From Terriglobia bacterium (GTDB lineage Bacteria > Acidobacteriota > Terriglobia > Terriglobales > Acidobacteriaceae): a DNA stretch of 64,000 nt. Of the stretch, positions 18,917-28,822 are shown piece after piece (position 1 is the first letter of the stretch; every line of letters starts with the position of its first letter). The DNA lies in the NCBI GenBank assembly GCA_963734455.1, contig CAVTHC010000004.1, positions 1,852-65,851 of the forward strand, given 5' to 3'. The notes under the pieces are model-generated. The model was not told where the DNA came from. It ran no database searches and saw only the letters and a list, made by a program, of their open reading frames with translations. Both the position numbers and the translations under genes were made by a program.

Positions 18917-20488
18917 TTAGGGTGTCAACTTGAACGAAGTCAGTAGACTATGCCACCCAGTGTTACTCGTCGTCGGATAGTATTCGTTCGTGTACACGAA
19001 CGTAAGGTCATCGACAGGATCGATAGACATGCTGGTATAGTCTCCCCACCGCGAAAATCCAGTTTGAGCACCAGTGCCTGGGTGAACGTTGGTCTCTGCC
19101 CTCATTGTACCAAGAGCATCGCCGGGAGCGCGGCCAGTAATACGGATTCCGGGAAATATGCTGCCGCTGGAGACGCTGTAGCCCAATGCAATCTTTCCGT
19201 TCTTATCCATTCCGATGCTGCCCATCCACCGCCAATTCAAATCCGGCGAGAAGGTGCCTTGCTGGTACAGGGTTTGCGTACCACCAGGGTTGCGAATCTC
19301 GTACCATCGAACGCCTGCCACCCCCCCTGGTGGCGCTGCGACGGTCTGGCAGACCACCCAAGCCTCGTGGTCGCCAAAGTTGCGGTAAGCTAGTCGGTGC
19401 ATTAAACGACCACCCAATGTATCAAGTGTTTGACTAGTTCCTTCTTGCGGAACACAAGTGCCACACGGTGGATTGTATGTAATGGTCAATGGGTTCCCGG
19501 CAGTAAGCGTCGAGTTGGCGGGATTCGCAAAATCCACGTGAAACTTCTGGATATTGATAAAGGGCCCACCGTGGAGGGTGGAGCGTATATCCATAAAGAA
19601 ATTAGCGCGGCCTGACGGTGGCAGAGTCGATCCGTCAAGATCTGAAGGTAGATAACTAAAATCTGGAGCTACATTTTGCTGGAAACAGATTTGGGCCGCT
19701 GAACTGCCAACAAGCATCGCACTGCGGTTGTAAGCACATACCCACGCTCCGACGAACGTGGTTCCGTTTTGGTACATATTGTAAGAGGCATAATAACCGT
19801 CCGGCCAGACACCAAATTTCGGATAGTCAGGCAAGTTATTAAACGAAAAAGCATATCGGTTATAGGAGCCGGTAGCATCCGAAGTAGTGGAAACTGCCAT
19901 GCAGATCGTCCCCGAGGCGAATGAATTGCTGGATGCGATTAGACCGACAAACCAGCGGCCAGCCTGCTTGTCGTATAGGACGACGGGATCAGAAAAGCTG
20001 GGTCCTAATTGGCATACTCCTCCGAATGGAGGGTTGGCGGCCCAGATACTGCTGAGCTGGTTCGGACCAAGTAGCGATGTACCCGCCTTGTTAAATACCT
20101 GATACGAGACATTAACGGTTTCAACGATCTGCGTTGCGCCTACTGACGCGTTTGGATCAGGCGGTATGAATCCAGTAGCCGAAATGCCGTCAAAACTAAA
20201 GAGTCCGCTCGTGCCCACGAGTGGACTACCTATTGCAGATGTCTGCACCTGAGGCTGCGGCCCAACATTCACGACTGGAAAAGTCGGCCCGGGTCTCAAC
20301 GGTATAACCTGCAATCCAACAGACGGTGGGGCAATCTGAGGTGCGTCTCTCAGGGGAATGGAGGTATCGTGGTAGTCCTGATAGACCACGTCCGGTTGCA
20401 CGTCCTGCGCAATTGTCGGTTCTACCCAAAGGAAAGATAGAGCAACTCCCAGGAGAAGTAAGCTAGAAGGTCCTCGCAGGTCTTTCAT
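18917..20488 (-). CDS. secreted hypothetical protein (523 aa)
   Basis: Signal peptide LLLLGVALSFLWVEPTIAQ. Long uninterrupted ORF in comparatively AT-rich DNA. I can name no catalytic motif with confidence. Confidence 0.7.
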   Translation of the reverse strand: MKDLRGPSSLLLLGVALSFLWVEPTIAQDVQPDVVYQDYHDTSIPLRDAPQIAPPSVGLQVIPLRPGPTFPVVNVGPQPQVQTSAIGSPLVGTSGLFSFDGISATGFIPPDPNASVGATQIVETVNVSYQVFNKAGTSLLGPNQLSSIWAANPPFGGVCQLGPSFSDPVVLYDKQAGRWFVGLIASSNSFASGTICMAVSTTSDATGSYNRYAFSFNNLPDYPKFGVWPDGYYASYNMYQNGTTFVGAWVCAYNRSAMLVGSSAAQICFQQNVAPDFSYLPSDLDGSTLPPSGRANFFMDIRSTLHGGPFINIQKFHVDFANPANSTLTAGNPLTITYNPPCGTCVPQEGTSQTLDTLGGRLMHRLAYRNFGDHEAWVVCQTVAAPPGGVAGVRWYEIRNPGGTQTLYQQGTFSPDLNWRWMGSIGMDKNGKIALGYSVSSGSIFPGIRITGRAPGDALGTMRAETNVHPGTGAQTGFSRWGDYTSMSIDPVDDLTFVYTNEYYPTTSNTGWHSLLTSFKLTP

Positions 20489-20874
20489 CAGATTGTTCCT
20501 TTCTGGGTAGGTCCGTAGGATCGTCGATCATTCAATTGAGCAACGAAGACACCAGATATTGTGCGACAATAAGACTATCCAGGCCAACAAAGATTTTGAC
20601 GGTCGCTTTCCCGACGCTGATGGTCGGCCACTCAGAATGCGGTGGCGCATCTATTGCTTGTTCTCTTGCAGCTTACCTTGGCCATGAACGCCCTGCACAA
20701 TCCCTAAAGCGTTTTGTTCCGAATTCCGACCACCCAACCGTAAGCTGTTGAAGAAGCGTCGTGTCATTCGCAGGTGTTCTGTGCGGACGCTCGCATACTT
20801 ACCGGATTTCCGGGAAAAGGCAGCAATTTGGACAGCCCTAGCGGTCTGGTTCGGCGCTGCCTCAGGTATCCTGA

Positions 20875-21155
20875 GTGCTCCGCAGAATCTTGGCCGAGTG
20901 GCAACCTGCACCCGCTGCAAGGGCCCTGGCTGCGAAGCGCACGCAGCGCGTTGATACGCGGCCCGTCCTTGACGCCGCTCGGGCACGGAATGGGGCAGGC
21001 GTGTTCCGACGATCCCGATTCGGACTCCTGGGACGGACAGAACGTTTTCGATGTATTCACTAAGGCCCAGGGTACTGCGCTCGATTTTCACCTTCGCGTG
21101 CGCGGCCTACAATCTGGTGCGCATGAAAAATCTGGCGACAATTCCAGCGATATAA
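20875..21155 (+). pseudogene. C-terminal remnant of a DDE transposase (IS4/IS5-like), frame-disrupted
   Basis: Frame ending at TAA 21153-21155 reads RPRVLRSIFTFACAAYNLVRMKNLATIPAI, a typical IS4/IS5-type C-terminal AYNL-x-R tail. Upstream pieces (…RFGLLGRTERF…) lie in another frame. No intact ORF. Confidence 0.45.
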
Positions 21156-21810
21156 GTCGGGGCCGAAGTGTGTTTCGCGGAGCATCGAGTTCTAAAGGGA
21201 CAGTCGGCAAGCTGCGACTGTTTTGGTGATTGAACTGGCCCTATCTCAGCCCATGGTTCCAGCCCAGGATTACTGCGCCTCGCACGTATTTGCAGGTACT
21301 TGGCAGTCTCCCGCAAACCTGTAAGTAGTTGTGGGTTGTGGTTGAACTAGGTCTGAAAAGGCTGGCGTCCGCGGTTCAACTCCGTCCTGGCGGTTTCACT
21401 TTGATGAGCGGAAGAGCGGGCGGTTAAGAGCAAACCCGAAAAGAGGCGTGGGATTCGAAGAGGCGCAGGAAGTTTTTTCGTACCCATACTACCTTGACAG
21501 CGCGCGGATTGTCTCGAACAGTACCGGGCGATCGGCTGGGTTTAGGAGCAGTTGTACACCGTCATTTTTGAAGTGCTAGTGGACGAAGAAGGAGAGTACT
21601 ACCACCTCGTCACTCTCTGGAAGGCCACCAAGTAGGAGCAGCAACTCTATGGAGAACACTCGTAAACGCCGGAAACCAGTGTCGGCAGAGGCCATTGCCT
21701 CGGTGAACACCCAAAAGCGGCCATACAAGATCACCTGAAAAGCGGCCATACTTTCAGAAGAAACGTCCAGGACATTGACAGCAGCGGGAGGGTAAGTAGC
21801 CTCTCGCAAC

Positions 21811-23544
21811 ATGGCGAATGTCTTGAAGGACGAAAAGAAGCAGCAAATCATAGGCTTGGGACGACTGGGATGGTCTCTGCGAAAGATCCAAGAGGCCACG
21901 CGAGTACGTCGAGAGACCATCAGTGCCTATCTGAGAGGCGCAGGTGTGGAAATATGGCCACCGGGAAGATGGAGGCGCGAAAGTAAGGCAAAAGCGGCCA
22001 TAGAGGTGATCACCGGCTCGGATGCAGCAAAACCGGCCATTCCGGGGTCTGCCGGTCCCCTCAACTTCAACCCCAACCCCAGCCCCAGTCCCAACTCCAA
22101 CCCCAGCCCCAACTCCAACCCCGAAAACCTTTCTACGAAGGGAATAGCAACAGCAACTTCAAAACCGGCCATAGCGGTGATCACCGACTTTGGCGTGGGG
22201 TTGAGCGGCAAGGAGCCAGAAAACTCGAAAGGCGTGGGCTCGGCAAGCAGCTGTGAACCCTACCGGGAAATCATCGAGCTGGGTCTGAGTCGAGATCGCA
22301 ATGCCATGGCCATCTGGCAGGATCTGGTCTCCGACCACGGATTCCAGGGTGGCTATCAAAGCGTTCGGCGCTTCGCTTACAAGTTGCGCGGCGCCCAGGT
22401 ACCACAAGCGCGGGCGGTGATCCTCACCGCTCCGGGAGAAGAGGGTCAAGTCGATTACGGCAGCGGGCCGATGGTGCGCGAGCCGCAAAGCAGCAAGTAC
22501 CGACGCACCCGTTTGTTCGTGCTTACGCTGGGTTATAGCCGCAAGGCAGTACGGCTGCTGGTGTTCCGATCCAGTACTCGCATCTGGGCCGAGCTCCATG
22601 AGAAGGCCTTTCGTCGATTAGGCGGAGCTCCGCGCATTTTGGTGCTGGATAATTTGCGCGAAGGTGTGCTGCTTCCCGACGTCTACGACGCCACGCTCAA
22701 TCCTCTCTATCGCGACGTGCTCGCCCATTACGGTGCGGTCGCCCTACCCTGCCGGATCCTGGATCCAGATCGAAAAGGCAAGGTGGAGTCAGCCGTGGGC
22801 CACGCCAAAAAAACTCCTCTGAAAGGACAACGCTTCGAGAGTCTGGAACAGGCGCAAGCCTATCTGGATCGCTGGGAAGCGAACTGGGCGGATACCCGCA
22901 TCCACGGCACCACCAAACGGCAAGTGGCGACCATGTTCGCAGAGGAAAAACCAACCCTGCTCCCGCTGCCGGTGGAACCGTTCCGCTATTACCAGTACGG
23001 CGAACGGGTGGTGCATCTGGATGGCTGTGTCGAAGTCGAAGCCGCCTATTACGGTCTACCGCCAGGCTGGATCGGACGTGGGGTGAAAGTCCAATGGGAT
23101 GAACTTTGCGTTCGTATCCTCGATCCCAAAACTGGATTACTCCTGCGAGAACATGTACGTCAGAAACGGGGCTGGTACCGCATTCAGCCCGAGGACCACC
23201 CCCAGCGAACTCCTTTCCGTGTGGTGCAGTTGCTCGGCCGCGCCGGCCGAGTGGGCACCCATGTCGGTACCCTGTGCAACCTTATCTATAGCCAGCAAGG
23301 CGAAGTGGGCGTGCGGCGCATCCTGGGCGTTCTCTCTCTCGCCAAAAAATATGGCACCGCGGCCGTCGATGAAGCTTGCGCGGCAGCCCTCGAGATGGGC
23401 GTGCACGAATATCGTTTCGTGCGTCGCTACCTCGAGCGTTGTCCACAAGCCCCCTTGAGTTTGCGCCAGGTCGATCCCTTGATCCGTGAACTGGTGCACT
23501 ACCGTGATCTGATCCATACCAAAACCAAGGAGCAAAGTGAATGA
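21811..23544 (+). CDS. istA: IS21-family transposase IstA
   Basis: 577-aa ORF. N-terminal HTH (GWSLRKIQEATRVRRETISAYLR) and integrase-core/DDE region (…GEEGQVDYG…LVLDNLREGV…). Overlaps istB by 4 nt. Confidence 0.9.
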   Translation: MANVLKDEKKQQIIGLGRLGWSLRKIQEATRVRRETISAYLRGAGVEIWPPGRWRRESKAKAAIEVITGSDAAKPAIPGSAGPLNFNPNPSPSPNSNPSPNSNPENLSTKGIATATSKPAIAVITDFGVGLSGKEPENSKGVGSASSCEPYREIIELGLSRDRNAMAIWQDLVSDHGFQGGYQSVRRFAYKLRGAQVPQARAVILTAPGEEGQVDYGSGPMVREPQSSKYRRTRLFVLTLGYSRKAVRLLVFRSSTRIWAELHEKAFRRLGGAPRILVLDNLREGVLLPDVYDATLNPLYRDVLAHYGAVALPCRILDPDRKGKVESAVGHAKKTPLKGQRFESLEQAQAYLDRWEANWADTRIHGTTKRQVATMFAEEKPTLLPLPVEPFRYYQYGERVVHLDGCVEVEAAYYGLPPGWIGRGVKVQWDELCVRILDPKTGLLLREHVRQKRGWYRIQPEDHPQRTPFRVVQLLGRAGRVGTHVGTLCNLIYSQQGEVGVRRILGVLSLAKKYGTAAVDEACAAALEMGVHEYRFVRRYLERCPQAPLSLRQVDPLIRELVHYRDLIHTKTKEQSE

Positions 23545-24284
23545 ATCTCATCGAGTTGAATCGTGCTTTACGACAACTGCGGCTGGGTGGAATCGCGACT
23601 GTGCTCGAGATGCGTCTGCACCAGGCTCAGGTCGAATCCATGGCACCCATCGACCTGATCTCCTGCCTGGTCGCGGACGAACTCACCCGTCGTGGCGACC
23701 GTTTGCTGGAACGTCGGCGAAAGCAAGCTCAGTTTCGCGATCCGCAAAAAACCCTCGAGAACTTCGACTTCACCTTCAATCCCAAGATGAATCGCAGTTT
23801 GGTTTTCGATCTGGCGACCGCTGCCTTCATCGCCCGCCACGAAGACTCACTTTTGGTCGGCCCACCCGGCAGCGGCAAAAGCCATCTGGCACAAGCCATC
23901 GGGCTGGCCGCCATCCAACAAGTCTATCGTGTGCTCTACCGCGAGACCCATACCTTGCTCGACGAACTCGCCGAAGCCTCGATCGACGGTACGCGCAAAC
24001 AGCACATCGAGTCTCTGGTCACTGTACCCTTGCTGATCATCGATGACTTGGGCATGCGGAAGTTATCCCTCACCGCCGCCGAGGAACTCCTGGAGATCAT
24101 CATGCGACGCTATGAGCGAGCTAGCACAATGATTACTTCGAACCGACCCGTCGATGACTGGGGGAAACTGCTGGGCGACAGCGCAGCGGTTACCGCCATG
24201 CTCGATCGCCTGCTGCATCATGGGCACGTTCTGAAATGCGGTCCACGCAGTTGGCGCACAAAAACAGGCTTGCCACCACAGTAG
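23541..24284 (+). CDS. istB: IS21-family helper ATPase IstB
   Basis: 247-aa ORF with Walker A GPPGSGKSHL and Walker B LLIIDDLG. Typical IstB length and position. Confidence 0.9.
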   Translation: MNLIELNRALRQLRLGGIATVLEMRLHQAQVESMAPIDLISCLVADELTRRGDRLLERRRKQAQFRDPQKTLENFDFTFNPKMNRSLVFDLATAAFIARHEDSLLVGPPGSGKSHLAQAIGLAAIQQVYRVLYRETHTLLDELAEASIDGTRKQHIESLVTVPLLIIDDLGMRKLSLTAAEELLEIIMRRYERASTMITSNRPVDDWGKLLGDSAAVTAMLDRLLHHGHVLKCGPRSWRTKTGLPPQ

Positions 24285-24351
24285 GTGGCAGGATAGAACA
24301 AACTTAGTCTTGGACTCTTCGAAAGTATGGCCGGTTTTGAACTGATCATGT

Positions 24352-25216
24352 ATGGCCGCTTTTCAGGCGATCACTGAGGCCATTGCACGCCTTGCGGACG
24401 AAGAGAGGGATGCGTCACGGTTCTTCACTAATACCGGGCGCATGATAGGTCCGATACAGCGGGTGAATGTTGACCTGGCGTCGGGCATGCTGGAAGAGCT
24501 GGCCAGGGCTGCCACCAAACGCGTGTATCTCTGGTGCTTTGTCGTCGTTCTTACCTCTGGCATCGCATTGCGTGTTGAAGCTGCACTCTACGCACGCCGA
24601 ATTGTCTCTGTCGTGAGGATGCTCTCCACCTTACGAATTGGGGAAACCTCTAAGGCCGAAACATTGTCGCGAATGCCAAGTCTGCGGCCACGGGACCTTA
24701 CGGCGCACCTCGCTGCGATGCGGACGAGTGTTTCTCCGCTGGAGTGGAAAATGGCGTGCCAGGCCGTCTGTTGTGGAGAACCGGTAACGATCTTCTTTCG
24801 CATGTCTTGCGTGGGTGGGTTTTCGTGCCGAGAGTCTCGGCATCTACGTCAACTTCACATCAGGAAAAGTCTCGTATTTTAGCTACCACCTGATGGTATC
24901 GGCACCAGGCGTGCCGCCACCACTTCCCCCTCCACCACCGGATGGGAAACTCGGGCTCGTGGTGATTGGGCTGAGTTCTCAGAGGGTGATCAATGTCAGA
25001 GACCAGAGCTCGACAGTCAAGGTGCATCCGCCGTACTATATTCCCTCCTCCCAGGCCGTGTCGTCACAGAGCATCGGAATTGGCTTGACTCCCAATGCTC
25101 CCGAAGAAATCGTGCAGAGTGCCTTCGACTTGCGGCTTAACTGCATCTGGAGTTTCGCAGGGTGCCGGCGCTGGAGCGAGCTTCTGCCATCCATTGAACC
25201 GTTGACGCGGAAGTGA
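24352..25216 (+). pseudogene. hypothetical gene interrupted by the IS21 element and carrying a further frame break near 24815
   Basis: ORFs 24352-24882 and 24815-25216 overlap in different frames. The N-terminal codons appear to lie left of the IS (ATG at 21649). No family recognised. Confidence 0.35.
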
Positions 25217-25415
25217 TTGGCGAAGTCCCCATTACGCTCACAATCCCATCGGGGCACTAAGCAGGCGGCGCTGCCTCGGGCGTACGCTTACGTCGGTAGT
25301 GCAGTTTTAGTCTCGGAATTCTGCAATCAGTTTGCAATCACTTAACGTGGACTACCGGGTACTCCCATGTCCTTAAAGCGCCGTCCGTGCTCTGTAAGTC
25401 CTTCCATTGACGTTT

Positions 25416-25742
25416 TCAGGTGGATTCGAGTCCTACCTGAGGAGCCATTTCTCTCCCGATTTTCCAGCCGCTTACGTTGAATCCCACGCCGGTGGCCCAC
25501 GCAGGCCCGGTTCTGGCTTGCGTGGGTATGATTGGCGATGCCGGGCATTTCTTCAGAGCGATACTTTGCGCGGAACTGCGGACCGTCCGCCCACCGGCCT
25601 GGTCTTTTGCTACCCATCGGCGGTCGCGATGCGGATTGGTTCGCGGCAGGCCGGTGCTAAGTTCACACTTCTCGCCCGGAGCGGCTCCACAAGTCGGACA
25701 GCGAACGGCGAGTACCTGCTTCGGGCTGAATACTTTGGCCAC
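25416..25742 (-). CDS. possible small zinc-ribbon protein (only the N-terminal ~45 aa look protein-like)
   Basis: N-terminus is MAKVFSPKQVLAVRCPTCGAAPGEKCELSTGLPRTNPHRDRR (CxxC...C...H). The remainder is low-complexity and the ORF ends inside the attR repeat. Confidence 0.3.
   Translation of the reverse strand: MAKVFSPKQVLAVRCPTCGAAPGEKCELSTGLPRTNPHRDRRWVAKDQAGGRTVRSSAQSIALKKCPASPIIPTQARTGPAWATGVGFNVSGWKIGREMAPQVGLEST
25425..25449 (+). repeat. attR core (25-bp direct repeat, copy 2)
   Basis: Exact copy of 2441-2465 (the tRNA-Asn 3' end) without the rest of the tRNA. Confidence 0.8.
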
Positions 25743-25798
25743 GAAAGCCTTTCATGCACGAGAGGTGGTCAACTCGACTAGTTGCCCATGTGGACGGT

Positions 25799-26494
25799 CT
25801 ACGGTTTCGTGACAACGGACATGGGCCGACTCAGCAGAAAGCCCCTGATGAGCGCGCTATTTATCTGCAAGCCCCCGTTGTACTGAACGAAACCCTTCTG
25901 CTTGAACGCACTCATGAATTTACTGACCCGGGCGCGGGTGGTTCCTACCATCTCCGCCAGGGTTGACTGGCTGACCTTCAAGGCGTGCTCCGGCTTTGAT
26001 TCCTTGATGATTTCTCCAAACAGCAACAAGACTCGTGCCAGCCGCTTTTCGCTGAAATTGAAGAATTGATCCATCAAGTCTTCCTCGACTCGAATGACGC
26101 GGGAAAGCAGATAGGTTACAAACAGCGCCGCGAACCGGGGGTCTCGCTTGAGGGTGCGGACCGTGCTCTCCTTGCGCAGGCGGGCGATACTGGAAGGCCC
26201 GATGGATCGCGCCGTGTACATACGCAGAGATTGCCCTCCCAGGCAGCCTTCGCCAAAAAAGCTACCGCGCAGGAGGACGGCGACTATAGCTTTTTTGCGA
26301 CGCGTCGAAGCCACCGTGAGCTTCACCGTGCCGCTCTGGATGTAGAACACTGCATCGGCCGCATCCCCTTGCGAAAAAACGACCTCGTTGTCCCGGTAGT
26401 TCCGCGCAGTCATGCCGGCACCGAACTTTTTGCGGAAATCTGCGGAACTGAAACCGAGAGCTTGCTTCGCCATCTGTCTCCTGGGCACGATCAA
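25799..26494 (-). CDS. Crp/Fnr-family transcriptional regulator
   Basis: N-terminal cNMP-binding-type beta-roll (VVFSQGDAADAVFYIQSGTVKLTV...FFGEGCL) and C-terminal HTH (SQSTLAEMVGTTRARVSKFMSAFKQKGFV). Confidence 0.85.
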   Translation of the reverse strand: MIVPRRQMAKQALGFSSADFRKKFGAGMTARNYRDNEVVFSQGDAADAVFYIQSGTVKLTVASTRRKKAIVAVLLRGSFFGEGCLGGQSLRMYTARSIGPSSIARLRKESTVRTLKRDPRFAALFVTYLLSRVIRVEEDLMDQFFNFSEKRLARVLLLFGEIIKESKPEHALKVSQSTLAEMVGTTRARVSKFMSAFKQKGFVQYNGGLQINSALIRGFLLSRPMSVVTKP

Positions 26495-27257
26495 TTCATG
26501 CGGGAACGGCGTTCTCGATGCCTAGAAAAAGAGGCTAAATCATATGGCTCAGGGATTTGGCGCGGATGGTCAATATAGGACATACACAATTGCACACAGT
26601 ACCTGACTGGTAAATCTGGGGCGAATATGCCGGTGACGCATGGAGACATCCACGCCTGGCGCTCGAGACCCACCCCACTTCTCGCAAAGGATGCTAGAAA
26701 ATAGGGCAAGCACGCCTCATTCAAGAGGCGTTAGAGCCGCCGGGCGGCCGGGTTGTGCGACGTCGGCCGGGCAGGTATACTGGCGGTCGTTTCTCCATCA
26801 AGAAAGAGGCCCCATGCACTCCACCAACCCAGCTCCCACTTGGATGCCTTATGAAGTCAAAGCGGCGGCGATTCTCTATGAGCGCCGAAGTGAAGACCTG
26901 CAACTGGAACAACTTAGAATTCGCCTTCAGAAGAAGATATCGGAGGCAGAAAACCGGGCGCCCGAGCCGGCGGCGGCTTAGTTCCCGGGTGTCGGCGCCA
27001 GGCTGGCGCGAACCTTTCGCGCGCTTGCGTCTGTCATCCCATTTAGCGTTCTTTTGATTCTTCAGTTGCATCCATCTTCTTCTTACCTTCCGCCTGATCG
27101 ACAGATTATTTCCGTGCGTTGAGGCGATTCCTGCCGCGGCCTGGCGTGGAATTGTTGCCTGCGAGGCGCGACCTTACTTTCCGTGATTGTGAATGTATGG
27201 TTACTGCTTCGTATTTGGCTTTTGTTTCAGAGCGGGTAATGGTAACTTTCCTCGCTT

Positions 27258-28647
27258 ATGGAAGCGAACGAATACGATCTGGTGGTGATCGGAAGCGGTC
27301 CGGCGGGCCAGAAAGGCGCCATCTGCGCCGCCAAGATGCGCAAGAAGGTGGCGATCATTGACCGCAAGAAGAGCGTGGGCGGGGTGTGCGTTCACACCGG
27401 CACCATCCCCAGCAAGACCCTGCGGGAAGCGGTCTTATACCTGAGCGGTTTCCGGCAACGGACTTTTTATGGCCGCGGTTATGCGCTGAAAGACCGGATC
27501 GCGATGTCGGATCTGATCTTCCGGGCGGAAGCCGTCATGGCGCGCGAAGTGGAAGTGATCAAGGCGCAGCTGCGCCGGAACTACGTGACCATCATGGAGG
27601 GCGACGCGCGCTTCCTGGATGCCAATACCCTCGAAGTCAAGAACGACGATGGCGCGCAGTTGGTTCGCGGTCAACACATCCTGATCGCCTGCGGCACGCG
27701 GCCCGCGCACAGCGCCGAGATTCCGGTCGATGGCAAACGAATTTTTGACTCCGACCAGGTGCATTGCCTGGAAGAAATCCCCCGCGACCTGATTGTCGTG
27801 GGCGCCGGCATTATCGGCCTGGAATACGCTTCGATGTTCGCGGCGCTGGGCGTAAAGGTCACGCTGCTCGACCAGCGCCCCATCCTGCTGGATTTCGTGG
27901 ACCGGGAAATTGTGGAGAGCCTGTGCTTCCAGCTGCGGCAGCTGGGAACCGTCTTTCGGCTGGGGGAAAAAGTCGTTTCCGTCGGCTTCGACGAGGAGCG
28001 CGACCGGGTGTTTGCCAAGCTGGCTAGCGGGAAGAACGTTCATGGACAGGGACTGCTCTACACCATCGGCCGGCAGGCCAACGGCGACCTGCTGAACCTG
28101 GAATCCGCCGGATTAAAGGCGGAGGGCCGGGGCAAGCTTTCCGTGAACGAACATTTTCAGACTGCCGTTCCCTCACATCTATGCCGCGGGAGACGTGATC
28201 GGATTTCCCGCGCTGGCCAGCACGTCCATGGAACAGGGCCGCCTCGCCAGTTGCCACATGTTCGGCAAGCCCGGCAAGATGCCTCCCAACCTTATTCCGT
28301 ACGGGATTTACACCATTCCGGAGATTTCGATGGTGGGGCAGACCGAAGAACAGCTCACGCACGAGAACATTAACTATGAAGTCGGCCTGGCGCGCTATGC
28401 GGAACTGGCCAAGGGACAGATGCTGGGCGATGAGCAGGGCCTGCTCAAGCTGGTCTTCGATCCCGATTCTCTGAAGCTGCTGGGAGTGCATGCCATCGGC
28501 GATCGGGCGGCGGAAATCGTGCACATCGGCCAGGTGGTCCTTACCCTGGGAGCGAGCATCGAGTATTTCCGCGATGCCGTATTCAACTATCCCACCCTGG
28601 CGGAAGCCTACAAGGTGGCGGCCCTGGATGGGTTGAACAAGCTTTAG
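27258..28647 (+). pseudogene. sthA: soluble pyridine nucleotide transhydrogenase (SthA/UdhA-type flavoprotein), frame broken by one extra nt near 28173
   Basis: N-terminal part YDLVVIGSGPAGQKGA...GGVCVHTGTIPSK in frame 0. The continuation [23 protein letters not shown]...[10 protein letters not shown] is in frame +1. 1390 nt minus 1 gives 463 codons. Confidence 0.85.
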
Positions 28648-28673
28648 CGCGGGTGCAGCATGATAGACGCGCT

Positions 28674-28714
28674 GCCGAGCTGCGCTCGGCCTGGACGGGG
28701 CGAAGGCCCCGTCC
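28674..28714. repeat. REP-like double hairpin downstream of sthA (family A, copy 1)
   Basis: GCCGAGC-TGC-GCTCGGC followed by GGACGGGG-CGAAGG-CCCCGTCC. The first 26 nt recur at 48505-48530. Confidence 0.75.
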
Positions 28715-28822
28715 CCACATCGGTCTGTGCCGAATTACGCGACCAAGCAGAAGTTCCTGCATCTAAAATCCATTCGACGCTTTAGACGTCTAGAATTAAA
28801 TTCCGCTGTCTGAGACTGAATC

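Larger units (their letters stand above)
21696..24382 (+). mobile_element. IS21-family insertion sequence (boundaries approximate)
   Basis: Contains the istA/istB pair. Imperfect terminal inverted repeats are TGCCTCGGTGAACACCC-AAAAGCGGCCATACA (left) and the reverse complement of the right end, TGGCCTCAGTGATCGCCTGAAAAGCGGCCATACA. Each end carries two copies of the AAAA(G/C)CGGCCATA motif. Confidence 0.8.

Noticed and set aside
21361-21392. tRNA-like T-arm sequence (GCGG-TTCAACT-CCGT followed by CCTGGCGG) that might mark another att remnant.
   Set aside because: The stem is only 4 bp with a G-U pair. There is no matching acceptor or anticodon arm and no similarity to the tRNA-Asn core.
26814-26981. 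55-codon ORF with a plausible RBS (MHSTNPAPTWMPYEVKAAAILYERRSEDLQLEQLRIRLQKKISEAENR…) upstream of sthA.
   Set aside because: It could be real, but there is no motif and no comparative evidence. Overlapping ORFs on both strands make it ambiguous.
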